DNA of 64,000 nucleotides from NCBI RefSeq assembly GCF_055900595.2, contig NZ_CM148325.1; one strand, 5' to 3'. Shown piece by piece: positions 51,135 to 64,000 of this stretch (position 1 is its first letter; each line of letters starts with the position of its first letter). The notes under the pieces were generated by a model. It saw only the letters and a program-made list of their open reading frames with translations, ran no database searches and was not told where the DNA came from. The position numbers and the translations under genes were made by a program.

Positions 51135-52736
51135 TTGGGGATGGCTGCACATAACGTATTTCGAAAAATTAAAAATAACTGGCTTATAATTTTTTGTGTA
51201 ATTATTTTTTCTCTGATTAATATCATTGCTTCTTCAGGATCACATCTGGTTCATCGAACACTTTTCTTTGTGCTTTTTATCCTTGTTATAAAACGCACAG
51301 CGTCTTTCCCTTTACGTTTATTATTTGGTATCCCAGTTATGCTGTTGGCTGCTGCGGATCTCTGCATCAGCCTCTATGCATGGTGTACCTTCGGCACCAG
51401 TTTCAATGATGGCTTTGCGATAAGCGTTTTACAAAGTGATCCAGATGAGATTACAAAGATGCTGGGGCTTTATATTGTTTATTGCATTATTTTCCTTGCC
51501 CTGTTCGCACTCTTTTTATCCTCGGTAATAAAATATGATGTTTCGCTACCGGGAAAAAAAATCACAGTGACGTTGTTGCTGATTCTGATTGCGATAAGCT
51601 TATTTTCTTCAGTCAAGTTTGCCCTTAAAGATAAAAAAACAAAGAAAACGGTAGATCCTTATATTGTGGCATCCCGATTCGCAACATATACACCATTTTT
51701 CAACTTAAATTATTTCGCTTTAGCCGCAAAGGAATACCACAGGCTGATGGCCATTGCTGACAAAGTGCCAGGCTATCAATTAGAACTAAGCGATAATGGC
51801 ATCGATGATTATGTATTAATTGTAGGGGAGTCAGTAAGGGCCTCGAATATGTCCATCTATGGGCATAACAGATCGACAACGCCACAGCTCGAAAAACAGA
51901 AGGAGCGTATTAAGCTTTTTACTCAGGCGATAAGCGGAGCGCCTTATACTGCGTTAGCCGTTCCTCTTACTTTAACTGTGGATACTGTATTTGATCACGA
52001 TATCCAGCATTACCCTGACAACATCATTAATATGGCTAATCAGGCTGGGTTTGACACATACTGGCTTAGTGCTCAAGCTGCATTCAGACAGAACGGGACT
52101 GCTGTTGCCAGTATTGCGATGCGAGCGAAAGAAAGAGTCTATGTCAGAGGATATGACGAATTGTTGCTTCCGCATCTGGCTGAGGCATTAAATAAAAAAT
52201 CGCCAAATAAGAAACTGATTGTTCTCCATCTGGTTGGCAGTCATGAACCTGTTTGCGCCACATATCCAGAAGCCAAAGCTGTGTATTATCCATTGGATAA
52301 TCAGGATGCCTGTTATGACAACTCAATTCATTACACCGATAGCATTTTAGGGCAGGTCTTTGCGCTGCTTAAAAATAAGCGAGCCTCGGTTATGTATTTT
52401 GCTGACCATGGGCTTGAACGCGATCCAACGGCAAAACATAGCTATTTCCACGGTGGGAAGAAACCTAGTCAGGAAGCTTATCATGTACCGATGTTTATCT
52501 GGTACAGCCCAATGCTCGGTGAGAACGTTGATCGTTCGACAGTAACTGATATTTTTTCCACTGCTTATAACGACTATCTTATCAATGCGTGGATGGGAGT
52601 TACCCGACCAGAACAACCTAAAACACTTAAAGACGTGATCTCTCACTATCAGGGGGAATCGCGGGTTATTGACGGAAGCCATGAAATGTTTGATTACCGG
52701 GAACTAAGACGAAATTTTAATGCGGACAAGCAGTAA
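51135..52736 (+). CDS. yhbX: YhbX, predicted inner-membrane phosphoethanolamine transferase (sulfatase/EptA-like family)
   Basis: 533-aa ORF with about five N-terminal hydrophobic segments and a C-terminal sulfatase-like domain; markedly AT-rich relative to flanking genes; position between leuU and argG matches E. coli yhbX. True start may lie slightly upstream. Confidence 0.8.
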   Translation: MGMAAHNVFRKIKNNWLIIFCVIIFSLINIIASSGSHLVHRTLFFVLFILVIKRTASFPLRLLFGIPVMLLAAADLCISLYAWCTFGTSFNDGFAISVLQSDPDEITKMLGLYIVYCIIFLALFALFLSSVIKYDVSLPGKKITVTLLLILIAISLFSSVKFALKDKKTKKTVDPYIVASRFATYTPFFNLNYFALAAKEYHRLMAIADKVPGYQLELSDNGIDDYVLIVGESVRASNMSIYGHNRSTTPQLEKQKERIKLFTQAISGAPYTALAVPLTLTVDTVFDHDIQHYPDNIINMANQAGFDTYWLSAQAAFRQNGTAVASIAMRAKERVYVRGYDELLLPHLAEALNKKSPNKKLIVLHLVGSHEPVCATYPEAKAVYYPLDNQDACYDNSIHYTDSILGQVFALLKNKRASVMYFADHGLERDPTAKHSYFHGGKKPSQEAYHVPMFIWYSPMLGENVDRSTVTDIFSTAYNDYLINAWMGVTRPEQPKTLKDVISHYQGESRVIDGSHEMFDYRELRRNFNADKQ

Positions 52737-52779
52737 CTGAATGACCCTGCCCATAAAAGGGCAGGGAAAAATTGAGGTT

Positions 52780-54138
<1,359 letters not shown>

Positions 54139-54159
54139 TTAATTAACTGATGATGAGCC

Positions 54160-54210
54160 TGGATTTCCGCTCTCACTGAATTTTTATGCAAAATAAATGA
54201 GTTTTAATTT
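54160..54210. promoter_or_regulatory. Putative ArgR operator (ARG boxes) in the argG promoter region
   Basis: ctcactgaatttttatgcaaaataaatgagttttaatttaat contains TGAAT...ATGCA half-site pattern resembling ARG-box consensus, just upstream of argG start. Confidence 0.4.
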
Positions 54211-54470
54211 AATCATCTTTTATCGATGACAGGAAGAGTTTAGTGTGTTTTTTGTAAAATAATGCGCTTAAGGAGGAGCAGTAGAGGGCAAAAGTATTCG
54301 ACAAACGAAAGTGAACTGGATATTCATTCACGCGATTAGCAATAAATGTTGACAAAATGTGGCGTGGATCACTATAATGACTGCAGATTTTACGTCCCGT
54401 CTCGGTACACCAAATCCCAGCAGTATTTGCATTTTTTACCCAAAACGAGTAGAATTTGCCACGTTTCAGG

Positions 54471-54547
<77 letters not shown>

Positions 54548-54753
54548 CTTTCCCTTAGAGTCCTTTTTCAAATATACTGTGAAGACTTCGGCCTTCGTAG
54601 TGGGATTTGAAAAAATCCTTCTGGAAAGTGCTCCAGACCGCAGTTGCGGTTATAGGGTTCAGTTATATAAAGCCCCGATTTATCGGGGTTTTTTGTTATC
54701 TGACTACAGAATAACTGGGCTTTAGGCCCTTTTTTTATGTCTTGGGGGTGGGC

Positions 54754-55206
54754 TTGTCCACATTAGAGCAAAAATTAACAGAGATGATTACTGCGCCAGT
54801 TGAGGCCCTGGGTTTTGAACTGGTTGGCATCGAGTTTATTCGCGGTCGCACATCCACACTGCGCATCTATATTGATAGTGAAGATGGCATCAATGTTGAT
54901 GATTGTGCTGATGTGAGCCACCAGGTAAGTGCTGTGCTGGATGTCGAAGATCCCATCACCGTTGCTTATAACCTGGAAGTCTCCTCACCGGGTCTCGATC
55001 GCCCACTGTTCACGGCTGAACACTACGCCCGTTTCGTCGGAGAAGAGGTGACTCTGGTTCTCCGTATGGCGGTACAAAACCGTCGTAAATGGCAGGGCGT
55101 TATCAAAGCGGTAGACGGTGAAATGATCACAGTTACCGTCGAAGGTAAAGATGAAGTGTTCGCGCTGAGTAATATCCAGAAGGCGAACCTGGTTCCCCAC
55201 TTTTAA
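54754..55206 (+). CDS. rimP: ribosome maturation factor RimP
   Basis: ORF 54742..55206; start placed at the TTG giving (M)[27 protein letters not shown]... (150 aa). Confidence 0.88.
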
Positions 55207-55233
55207 TAGTCTGGATGAGGTGAAAAGCCCGCG

Positions 55234-56721
<1,488 letters not shown>

Positions 56722-56745
56722 TAAACTGTAGCAGGAAGGAACAGC

Positions 56746-59418
56746 ATGACAGATGTAACGATTAAAACGCTGGCCGCAGAGCGACAGACCTCCGTGGAAC
56801 GCCTGGTACAGCAATTTGCTGATGCAGGTATCCGGAAGTCTGCTGACGACTCTGTGTCCGCACAAGAGAAACAGACTTTAATTGACCACCTGAATCAGAA
56901 AAATTCAGGCCCGGACAAATTAACGCTGCAACGTAAAACCCGCAGCACCCTTAACATTCCTGGTACCGGTGGAAAAAGCAAATCGGTACAAATCGAAGTC
57001 CGCAAGAAACGCACCTTTGTGAAACGCGATCCGCAAGAGGCTGAACGCCTTGCTGCGGAAGAGCAGGCGCAGCGTGAAGCGGAAGAGCAAGCCCGTCGTG
57101 AGGCAGAAGAATCGGCCAAACGCGAGGCGCAACAAAAAGCTGAACGTGAGGCCGCAGAACAAGCTAAGCGTGAAGCCGCTGAACAAGCGAAACGTGAAGC
57201 TGCGGAAAAAGACAAAGTGAGCAATCAACAAGACGATATGACTAAAAACGCCCAGGCTGAAAAAGCCCGCCGTGAGCAGGAAGCTGCAGAGCTCAAGCGT
57301 AAAGCTGAAGAAGAAGCGCGTCGTAAACTCGAAGAAGAAGCACGTCGCGTTGCTGAAGAAGCACGTCGTATGGCGGAAGAAAACAAATGGACTGATAACG
57401 CGGAACCGACTGAAGATTCCAGCGATTATCACGTTACTACTTCTCAACATGCTCGCCAGGCAGAAGACGAAAGCGATCGTGAAGTCGAAGGCGGCCGTGG
57501 CCGTGGTCGTAACGCGAAAGCAGCGCGTCCGAAGAAAGGCAACAAACACTCTGAATCAAAAGCTGATCGTGAAGAAGCACGCGCAGCAGTACGTGGCGGT
57601 AAAGGCGGGAAACGTAAAGGTTCTTCGCTGCAGCAAGGCTTCCAGAAGCCAGCTCAGGCCGTTAACCGTGACGTTGTGATTGGCGAAACCATCACCGTTG
57701 GCGAACTGGCGAACAAGATGGCGGTTAAAGGTTCTCAGGTCATCAAAGCGATGATGAAACTGGGCGCAATGGCAACCATCAACCAGGTTATCGATCAGGA
57801 AACCGCACAGCTGGTTGCTGAAGAGATGGGCCACAAAGTTATCCTGCGTCGTGAAAACGAGCTGGAAGAAGCGGTAATGAGCGACCGTGACACGGGTGCT
57901 GCGGCTGAACCGCGCGCGCCGGTTGTGACCATCATGGGTCACGTTGACCACGGTAAAACCTCTTTGCTGGACTACATTCGTTCAACGAAAGTGGCCTCTG
58001 GCGAAGCGGGCGGCATTACCCAGCACATTGGTGCATACCACGTTGAAACTGAAAACGGCATGATCACCTTCCTGGACACCCCGGGGCACGCCGCGTTTAC
58101 TTCAATGCGTGCACGTGGTGCGCAGGCAACGGACATCGTAGTCCTGGTTGTTGCTGCCGACGACGGCGTAATGCCGCAGACCATCGAAGCAATTCAGCAC
58201 GCGAAAGCGGCAGGCGTGCCGGTTGTGGTTGCAGTGAACAAGATCGACAAACCAGAAGCCGATCCAGATCGCGTTAAGAACGAACTCTCTCAGTACGGCA
58301 TCCTGCCGGAAGAGTGGGGCGGTGAAAGCCAGTTCGTACACGTGTCTGCGAAAGCAGGTACCGGTATCGATGAACTGCTGGACGCTATCCTGTTGCAGGC
58401 AGAAGTTCTGGAACTGAAAGCGGTACGTAAAGGTATGGCGAGCGGTGCGGTTATCGAATCCTTCCTCGATAAAGGTCGTGGTCCGGTTGCTACTGTTCTG
58501 GTACGTGAAGGTACTCTGCACAAGGGCGACATCGTTCTGTGTGGTTTCGAATACGGTCGTGTTCGCGCAATGCGTAACGAAATGGGTCAGGAAGTGCTGG
58601 AAGCAGGTCCGTCCATTCCAGTTGAAATCCTTGGCTTGTCCGGTGTTCCGGCAGCGGGTGACGAAGTTACCGTAGTGCGTGACGAGAAGAAAGCACGTGA
58701 AGTTGCACTGTATCGTCAGGGCAAATTCCGTGAAGTTAAACTGGCACGTCAGCAGAAATCGAAACTCGAGAACATGTTCGCCAACATGACCGAAGGCGAA
58801 GTTCACGAAGTGAACATCGTTCTGAAGGCAGACGTTCAGGGTTCCGTGGAAGCGATCTCCGACTCCTTGCTGAAACTGTCTACTGACGAAGTTAAAGTGA
58901 AGATTATCGGTTCTGGCGTAGGTGGTATCACCGAAACCGACGCTACCCTGGCTGCGGCGTCCAACGCCATCCTGGTTGGCTTCAACGTACGTGCTGATGC
59001 CTCTGCACGTAAAGTGATTGAAGCGGAAAGCCTGGATCTGCGTTACTACTCCGTCATCTATAACCTGATCGACGAAGTGAAAGCGGCGATGAGCGGTATG
59101 CTGTCTCCGGAACTGAAACAGCAGATTATCGGTCTGGCGGAAGTTCGTGATGTGTTCAAATCACCGAAATTTGGTGCCATCGCAGGTTGTATGGTTACTG
59201 AAGGTGTGGTTAAACGTCACAACCCGATCCGCGTTCTGCGCGACAACGTGGTTATCTACGAAGGCGAGCTGGAGTCCCTGCGCCGCTTCAAAGATGACGT
59301 TAACGAAGTCCGTAACGGTATGGAATGTGGTATCGGCGTTAAGAACTACAACGACGTCCGCACTGGCGATGTGATCGAAGTATTCGAAATCATCGAGATC
59401 CAACGTACCATCGCTTAA
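56746..59418 (+). CDS. infB: translation initiation factor IF-2
   Basis: 890-aa ORF with charged repetitive N-terminal region and GTPase domain ([12 protein letters not shown]). Confidence 0.95.
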   Translation: MTDVTIKTLAAERQTSVERLVQQFADAGIRKSADDSVSAQEKQTLIDHLNQKNSGPDKLTLQRKTRSTLNIPGTGGKSKSVQIEVRKKRTFVKRDPQEAERLAAEEQAQREAEEQARREAEESAKREAQQKAEREAAEQAKREAAEQAKREAAEKDKVSNQQDDMTKNAQAEKARREQEAAELKRKAEEEARRKLEEEARRVAEEARRMAEENKWTDNAEPTEDSSDYHVTTSQHARQAEDESDREVEGGRGRGRNAKAARPKKGNKHSESKADREEARAAVRGGKGGKRKGSSLQQGFQKPAQAVNRDVVIGETITVGELANKMAVKGSQVIKAMMKLGAMATINQVIDQETAQLVAEEMGHKVILRRENELEEAVMSDRDTGAAAEPRAPVVTIMGHVDHGKTSLLDYIRSTKVASGEAGGITQHIGAYHVETENGMITFLDTPGHAAFTSMRARGAQATDIVVLVVAADDGVMPQTIEAIQHAKAAGVPVVVAVNKIDKPEADPDRVKNELSQYGILPEEWGGESQFVHVSAKAGTGIDELLDAILLQAEVLELKAVRKGMASGAVIESFLDKGRGPVATVLVREGTLHKGDIVLCGFEYGRVRAMRNEMGQEVLEAGPSIPVEILGLSGVPAAGDEVTVVRDEKKAREVALYRQGKFREVKLARQQKSKLENMFANMTEGEVHEVNIVLKADVQGSVEAISDSLLKLSTDEVKVKIIGSGVGGITETDATLAAASNAILVGFNVRADASARKVIEAESLDLRYYSVIYNLIDEVKAAMSGMLSPELKQQIIGLAEVRDVFKSPKFGAIAGCMVTEGVVKRHNPIRVLRDNVVIYEGELESLRRFKDDVNEVRNGMECGIGVKNYNDVRTGDVIEVFEIIEIQRTIA

Positions 59419-59435
59419 GGTTTTTAGGGTTCTAT

Positions 59436-59507
59436 GCGGGATAAGGCGTTTACGCCGCATCCGGCATGGATTGCCTGATGCGACGCTGGCGCATCTTATC
59501 AGGCTAC
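59436..59507. repeat. BIME: two inverted REP elements
   Basis: gcgggataaggcgtttacgccgcatccggca and gcctgatgcgacgctggcgcatcttatcaggctac match REP consensus in opposite orientations, between infB and rbfA. Confidence 0.7.
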
Positions 59508-59580
59508 GTGAACAGCCCTTCCACCTGAAATTAATTTTAAAAAGGGGCTAACAGCCCCTTTTTTGTCAGGAGAATTTATT

Positions 59581-59982
59581 ATGGCGAAAGAATTTGGTCG
59601 CCCGCAGCGCGTAGCGCAGGAAATGCAAAAAGAGATCGCTCTCATCCTGCAACGCGAAATTAAAGATCCTCGTCTGGGCATGATGACCACCGTTTCCGGT
59701 GTCGAAATGTCTCGTGACCTGGCGTATGCAAAAGTATATGTGACGTTCCTTAACGACAAAGATGAAGATGCGGTTAAAGCGGGCATCAAAGCGTTACAAG
59801 AAGCCTCTGGTTTCATCCGCAGCCTGCTGGGGAAAGCGATGCGCCTGCGTATCGTGCCGGAACTGACCTTCTTCTACGACAACTCGCTGGTTGAAGGGAT
59901 GCGTATGTCAAACCTGGTGACCAGCGTGGTCAAACATGACGAAGAACGTCGTGTTAATCCGGACGACAGCAAGGAGGACTAA
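59581..59982 (+). CDS. rbfA: ribosome-binding factor A
   Basis: ORF 59563..59982 trimmed to [31 protein letters not shown]... (133 aa). Confidence 0.93.
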
Positions 59983-60926
59983 TGAGTCGTCCTCGTCGTC
60001 GCGGTCGCGACATTAACGGCGTTTTGTTGCTGGATAAACCACAGGGTATGTCCAGCAACGATGCGCTGCAAAAAGTGAAACGGATTTATAACGCCAACCG
60101 TGCCGGACACACTGGCGCGCTGGATCCGCTGGCGACCGGCATGCTGCCGATTTGCCTCGGGGAAGCCACCAAGTTTTCCCAGTATCTGCTGGACTCCGAC
60201 AAACGCTATCGGGTGATTGCGCGTCTTGGACAGCGTACCGATACTTCTGATGCCGACGGACAAATCGTTGAAGAACGTCCGGTAACCTTTAGTGCAGAGC
60301 AACTGGCGGCGGCACTGGATACTTTCCGTGGTGATATCGAACAGATCCCATCGATGTATTCAGCACTGAAATACCAGGGCAAAAAACTGTACGAATATGC
60401 GCGTCAGGGAATTGAAGTCCCGCGTGAAGCACGCCCGATTACCGTTTATGAATTGCTGTTTATTCGCCACGAAGGCAATGAACTGGAGCTGGAAATTCAC
60501 TGCTCAAAAGGCACCTATATCCGCACTATCATTGACGATCTCGGCGAAAAACTCGGCTGTGGCGCGCATGTTATTTACCTGCGTCGCCTGGCTGTAAGTA
60601 AATATCCGGTTGAACGGATGGTGACTCTGGAACATCTGCGTGAACTGGTTGAGCAAGCCGAGCAGCAGGATATTCCGGCAGCGAAGTTACTTGATCCATT
60701 ACTGATGCCAATGGACAGTCCAGCTTCGGACTATCCGGTGGTGAATCTTCCGTTAACGTCTTCTGTTTACTTCAAAAATGGTAACCCGGTTCGTACATCC
60801 GGTGCGCCGCTGGAAGGACTGGTTCGCGTTACAGAAGGTGAGAATGGCAAGTTTATCGGTATGGGCGAAATTGACGATGAAGGCCGCGTTGCGCCTCGTC
60901 GCCTGGTGGTTGAATACCCGGCGTAA
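59982..60926 (+). CDS. truB: tRNA pseudouridine(55) synthase
   Basis: 314-aa ORF with catalytic motif region (…[19 protein letters not shown]…); start overlaps rbfA stop. Confidence 0.95.
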   Translation: MSRPRRRGRDINGVLLLDKPQGMSSNDALQKVKRIYNANRAGHTGALDPLATGMLPICLGEATKFSQYLLDSDKRYRVIARLGQRTDTSDADGQIVEERPVTFSAEQLAAALDTFRGDIEQIPSMYSALKYQGKKLYEYARQGIEVPREARPITVYELLFIRHEGNELELEIHCSKGTYIRTIIDDLGEKLGCGAHVIYLRRLAVSKYPVERMVTLEHLRELVEQAEQQDIPAAKLLDPLLMPMDSPASDYPVVNLPLTSSVYFKNGNPVRTSGAPLEGLVRVTEGENGKFIGMGEIDDEGRVAPRRLVVEYPA

Positions 60927-60978
60927 TGTTAACCGTCTTGCGATAACAAGTCGCTACGAGTAGAATACTGCCGCTTAA

Positions 60979-61344
<366 letters not shown>

Positions 61345-61357
61345 TTCTTGCGAGTTT

Positions 61358-61386
61358 CAGAAAAGGGGCCTGAGTGGCCCCTTTTT
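61358..61386 (+). terminator. rpsO terminator hairpin
   Basis: gaaaaggggcctgagtggcccctttttt hairpin plus T-run directly after rpsO. Confidence 0.75.
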
Positions 61387-61589
61387 TCAAACTGACGGCA
61401 GCAATTCACTGGAAACTAATGTATTGTTGCTATGAATGATCTTCCGTTGCAGAGGTTCGCGCGGCTAATGAGAGGCTTTACCCACATTGGGCTGGGTTAG
61501 GGTTGTCATTAGTCGCGAGGATGCGCAGAAGATCGGGTATTAACACCAGTGCCGTAAGGTGCTGTCTAAGAAAGAGAAAGGATATTACA

Positions 61590-63725
61590 TTGCTTAATCC
61601 GATCGTTCGTAAATTCCAGTACGGCCAACACACCGTGACTCTGGAAACCGGCATGATGGCTCGTCAGGCTACTGCCGCTGTTATGGTTAGCATGGATGAC
61701 ACCGCGGTATTCGTTACCGTTGTTGGTCAGAAAAAAGCCAAACCAGGTCAGGACTTCTTCCCGCTGACCGTTAACTATCAGGAGCGTACCTACGCTGCTG
61801 GTCGTATCCCGGGTAGCTTCTTCCGTCGTGAAGGCCGCCCAAGCGAAGGCGAAACGCTGATCGCGCGTCTGATTGACCGCCCGATTCGCCCGCTGTTCCC
61901 GGAAGGTTTCGTCAACGAAGTTCAGGTTATCGCCACCGTGGTTTCTGTTAACCCGCAGGTTAACCCGGATATCGTCGCGATGATTGGTGCTTCTGCTGCG
62001 CTGTCTCTGTCTGGTATTCCGTTCAATGGTCCGATTGGTGCTGCCCGCGTAGGTTACATCAATGACCAGTACGTACTGAACCCGACTCAGGACGAGCTGA
62101 AAGAGAGCAAACTGGACCTGGTTGTTGCCGGTACAGAAGCTGCCGTGCTGATGGTTGAATCTGAAGCTGAACTGCTGAGCGAAGACCAGATGCTGGGCGC
62201 AGTGGTGTTCGGTCATGAACAACAGCAGGTTGTTATTCAGAACATCAATGAACTGGTGAAAGAAGCCGGTAAACCGCGTTGGGATTGGCAGCCGGAGCCG
62301 GTAAACGAAGCGCTGAACGCGCGCGTTGCTGCGCTGGCTGAAGCTCGTCTGAGCGATGCTTATCGCATTACCGACAAACAAGAGCGTTATGCGCAGGTTG
62401 ATGTCATCAAATCTGAAACCATCGCGACGCTGCTTGCTGAAGACGAAACCCTGGACGAAAACGAACTGGGTGAAATTCTGCACGCTATCGAGAAAAATGT
62501 TGTTCGTAGCCGCGTACTGGCAGGTGAACCGCGTATCGACGGTCGTGAAAAAGATATGATCCGTGGTCTGGATGTGCGTACTGGCGTGCTGCCGCGTACT
62601 CACGGTTCTGCGTTGTTCACCCGTGGTGAAACGCAGGCACTGGTTACCGCAACGCTGGGTACTGCACGTGACGCACAGGTTCTTGATGAACTGATGGGCG
62701 AACGTACTGACACCTTCCTGTTCCACTACAACTTCCCTCCGTATTCCGTAGGTGAAACTGGCATGGTCGGTTCTCCGAAGCGTCGTGAAATTGGTCACGG
62801 TCGTCTGGCGAAGCGCGGCGTGCTGGCAGTAATGCCGGATATGGACAAATTCCCGTACACCGTACGTGTAGTGTCTGAAATTACCGAATCCAACGGTTCT
62901 TCTTCTATGGCTTCCGTGTGCGGTGCGTCTCTGGCGCTGATGGACGCAGGTGTGCCAATCAAAGCTGCTGTTGCGGGTATCGCAATGGGTCTGGTGAAAG
63001 AAGGCGACAACTACGTTGTACTGTCTGACATTTTGGGCGACGAAGATCACCTGGGCGATATGGACTTCAAAGTTGCGGGGTCCCGCGACGGTATCTCTGC
63101 ACTGCAGATGGATATCAAAATTGAAGGTATCACCAAAGAGATCATGCAGGTTGCGCTGAATCAAGCTAAAGGTGCGCGTCTGCATATCCTGGGCGTCATG
63201 GAGCAGGCGATCAACGCGCCGCGTGGTGATATCTCTGAGTTTGCACCGCGTATCCATACCATCAAGATCAATCCGGACAAGATCAAAGACGTTATCGGTA
63301 AAGGCGGTTCTGTTATCCGTGCCCTGACCGAAGAAACTGGCACTACCATCGAAATCGAAGATGACGGTACTGTGAAGATCGCAGCGACCGACGGCGAGAA
63401 GGCGAAAAACGCTATTCGTCGTATCGAAGAGATCACTGCAGAAATCGAAGTGGGTCGCGTCTACAATGGTAAAGTGACCCGTATCGTTGACTTTGGCGCG
63501 TTTGTTGCCATCGGCGGCGGTAAAGAAGGTCTGGTCCACATCTCTCAAATCGCCGACAAGCGTGTTGAGAAAGTGACCGACTACCTGCAGATGGGTCAGG
63601 AAGTACCGGTGAAAGTTCTGGAAGTCGATCGCCAGGGCCGTATCCGTCTGAGCATTAAAGAAGCGACTGAGCAGTCTCAACCTGCTGCAGCACCGGAAGC
63701 TCCGGCTGCTGAACAGGGCGAGTAA
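61590..63725 (+). CDS. pnp: polynucleotide phosphorylase
   Basis: ORF 61503..63725; start placed at the TTG giving (M)[20 protein letters not shown]... (711 aa); two RNase PH domains, KH and S1 domains. Confidence 0.93.
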   Translation: MLNPIVRKFQYGQHTVTLETGMMARQATAAVMVSMDDTAVFVTVVGQKKAKPGQDFFPLTVNYQERTYAAGRIPGSFFRREGRPSEGETLIARLIDRPIRPLFPEGFVNEVQVIATVVSVNPQVNPDIVAMIGASAALSLSGIPFNGPIGAARVGYINDQYVLNPTQDELKESKLDLVVAGTEAAVLMVESEAELLSEDQMLGAVVFGHEQQQVVIQNINELVKEAGKPRWDWQPEPVNEALNARVAALAEARLSDAYRITDKQERYAQVDVIKSETIATLLAEDETLDENELGEILHAIEKNVVRSRVLAGEPRIDGREKDMIRGLDVRTGVLPRTHGSALFTRGETQALVTATLGTARDAQVLDELMGERTDTFLFHYNFPPYSVGETGMVGSPKRREIGHGRLAKRGVLAVMPDMDKFPYTVRVVSEITESNGSSSMASVCGASLALMDAGVPIKAAVAGIAMGLVKEGDNYVVLSDILGDEDHLGDMDFKVAGSRDGISALQMDIKIEGITKEIMQVALNQAKGARLHILGVMEQAINAPRGDISEFAPRIHTIKINPDKIKDVIGKGGSVIRALTEETGTTIEIEDDGTVKIAATDGEKAKNAIRRIEEITAEIEVGRVYNGKVTRIVDFGAFVAIGGGKEGLVHISQIADKRVEKVTDYLQMGQEVPVKVLEVDRQGRIRLSIKEATEQSQPAAAPEAPAAEQGE

Positions 63726-63833
63726 GGTTGCCATTTGCCCTCCGCTGCGGCGGGGGGCTTTTAACCGGGCAGGACGCCTTGTTAGCAACCGGGAACAGGA
63801 CGTTCATTCAACCGTGGTCTTCGGGAGTGGGAA

Positions 63834-64000
63834 ATGAAGCCTTTTTTGCGCTGGTGTTTCGTTGCGACAGCACTTACGCTTGCAGGATGCAGTAATACTT
63901 CCTGGCGTAAAAGTGAAGTCCTCGCGGTACCATTGCAACCGACTTTGCAGCAGGAAGTGATTCTGGCACGTATGGAACAAATCCTTGCCAGTCGGGCTTT
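63834..64000 (+). CDS. nlpI: lipoprotein NlpI (TPR), 5' fragment truncated by window end
   Basis: ATG at 63834 giving [55 protein letters not shown] with lipobox LAGC; runs off the window. Confidence 0.85.

Noticed and set aside
56920-57549. Repetitive DNA and overlapping antisense ORFs within the infB 5' region (repeated GAAGC/GCGAA units)
   Set aside because: This corresponds to the known charged, repetitive N-terminal region of IF-2 (repeated [13 protein letters not shown] peptides); it is coding low-complexity sequence, not a mobile or regulatory repeat array.
61566-63788. 740-aa ORF on the minus strand spanning all of pnp; similar long antisense ORFs opposite nusA (54985..56865, 626 aa), ftsH (46232..47719, 495 aa) and gltB (15948..16712, 16716..17450)
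   Set aside because: These lie exactly antisense to highly expressed, strongly codon-biased genes, whose codon pattern depletes stop codons in the opposite frame. The translations are low-complexity (Arg/Phe/Thr-rich), with no recognisable domains or RBS context. Treated as compositional artefacts.

Overview
This window reads as Escherichia coli core chromosome, matching from memory the K-12 rplM to nlpI region in reverse orientation. It is gene-dense housekeeping DNA: ribosomal proteins, sspAB, dcuD, the nan sialic-acid operon, gltBD, arcB, the rpoN/lpt/kds/mla clusters, murA, obgE, ftsH, glmM, secG-leuU, argG, and the metY-rimP-nusA-infB-rbfA-truB-rpsO-pnp operon. I found no CRISPR array, prophage, toxin-antitoxin or recognisable defence island, and no convincing undescribed system. 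Four things depart from plain core sequence. (1) A complete 1329-bp IS10 with an intact transposase and a perfect 9-bp target-site duplication sits 12 bp upstream of the nanA start codon, between the NanR operator and the nanA ribosome-binding site. (2) gltD is followed after only 183 bp by yhcG, so gltF and yhcA-yhcF (about 6-7 kb in the K-12 order as I recall it) appear to be absent. (3) yhcG carries three in-frame, tandem, near-perfect ~27-bp palindromes at 39-bp spacing, with a fourth copy downstream of the gene. (4) yhbX is a low-GC gene lying next to the leuU tRNA. Gene starts were corrected from the ORF track where the known protein begins at an internal or non-ATG start. All homology statements are from recall, not database searches.
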